64,000 nucleotides of DNA, taken from NCBI GenBank assembly GCA_976226885.1, contig OZ320318.1:80042001-80106000 (forward strand), written 5' to 3'. Shown in pieces: positions 63,740 to 64,000 of this stretch. Positions within the stretch are counted from its first letter, which is position 1. The number at the start of each line of letters is the position of its first letter. Under the pieces are notes generated by a model. That model was not told where the DNA came from and made no database searches. It saw only the letters and a list, made by a program, of their open reading frames with translations. A program made the position numbers and the translations under genes. The DNA is from Iphione sp. A-MEVVRFRX5. Its lineage: Eukaryota.

Positions 63740-64000
63740 CTACGAGCTCCCTTCCTTATTCGCACACCGCCGCCATGACTTGATCCAACGAGGTATCTCC
63801 CCTCGATACAGTCGTAAGCAATTCTGGTGCACCACCTTGGGGCAAGCCCGGGCTGCCCGTTGGACCACCAATCGCTCTGGGTCCAGTACCTTAGTGATGA
63901 GCCATGGACCCGTCCAGGGCAAGTATACTTTAGGGTTCTTCCCTCTGGGTGGTTGAGCTTCATGTAACCACACCGTGTTCCCTACCTGTAGGGGTTCCCC
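63740..64000 (-). CDS. Gypsy pol, integrase C-terminal GPY/F-SH3-like region (partial)
   Basis: LQVGNTVWL...PRGKNPKVYLPWTGPWLITKVL...KVVHQNCLRLYRG matches the Gypsy 'VGD.VWL...PKL...W.GP...VH..RL..Y' pattern. Confidence 0.88.
   Translation of the reverse strand, partial: GEPLQVGNTVWLHEAQPPRGKNPKVYLPWTGPWLITKVLDPERLVVQRAARACPKVVHQNCLRLYRGEIPRWIKSWRRCANKEGSS

Larger units (their letters stand above)
57786..64000 (-). mobile_element. Gypsy LTR retrotransposon, 3' portion with long accessory region
   Basis: The integrase C-terminus at the window end, the PPT and the LTR share one orientation, and an LTR motif recurs internally. Single-element status is inferred because the 5' part lies outside the window. 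Confidence 0.75.

Overview
This is eukaryotic, intron-containing, repeat-rich DNA. Its repeat families and composition suggest a marine invertebrate such as a lancelet, but that is inference only. No prokaryotic features, true tRNA/rRNA genes or CRISPR arrays are supported. Two host genes are visible, both on the minus strand. The first is a Ctr/SLC31 copper transporter with four phase-compatible exons (24042-21115), a very long His/Met-rich ectodomain and a probable signal-peptide exon at 33386-33312. The second is the 3' part of an EGF-domain plus transmembrane gene (52322-51840). Mobile elements dominate the rest: (1) a Crypton tyrosine-recombinase element with att/lox-like ends and an internal 127-bp duplication; (2) an apparently intact 4-exon Sola1-like DDD transposon and a deleted relative; (3) the 3' 6.2 kb of a Gypsy element, carrying about 5.4 kb of extra sequence between integrase and the 3' LTR, with a sense zinc-finger ORF, a spliced antisense ORF, a divergent promoter sharing a palindromic motif with the LTR, and repeated hairpins; (4) a solo LTR, an LTR-PBS-gag fragment, two tRNA-derived SINEs and several MITEs. 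All gene models were derived by hand from splice signals and phase, without database searches.
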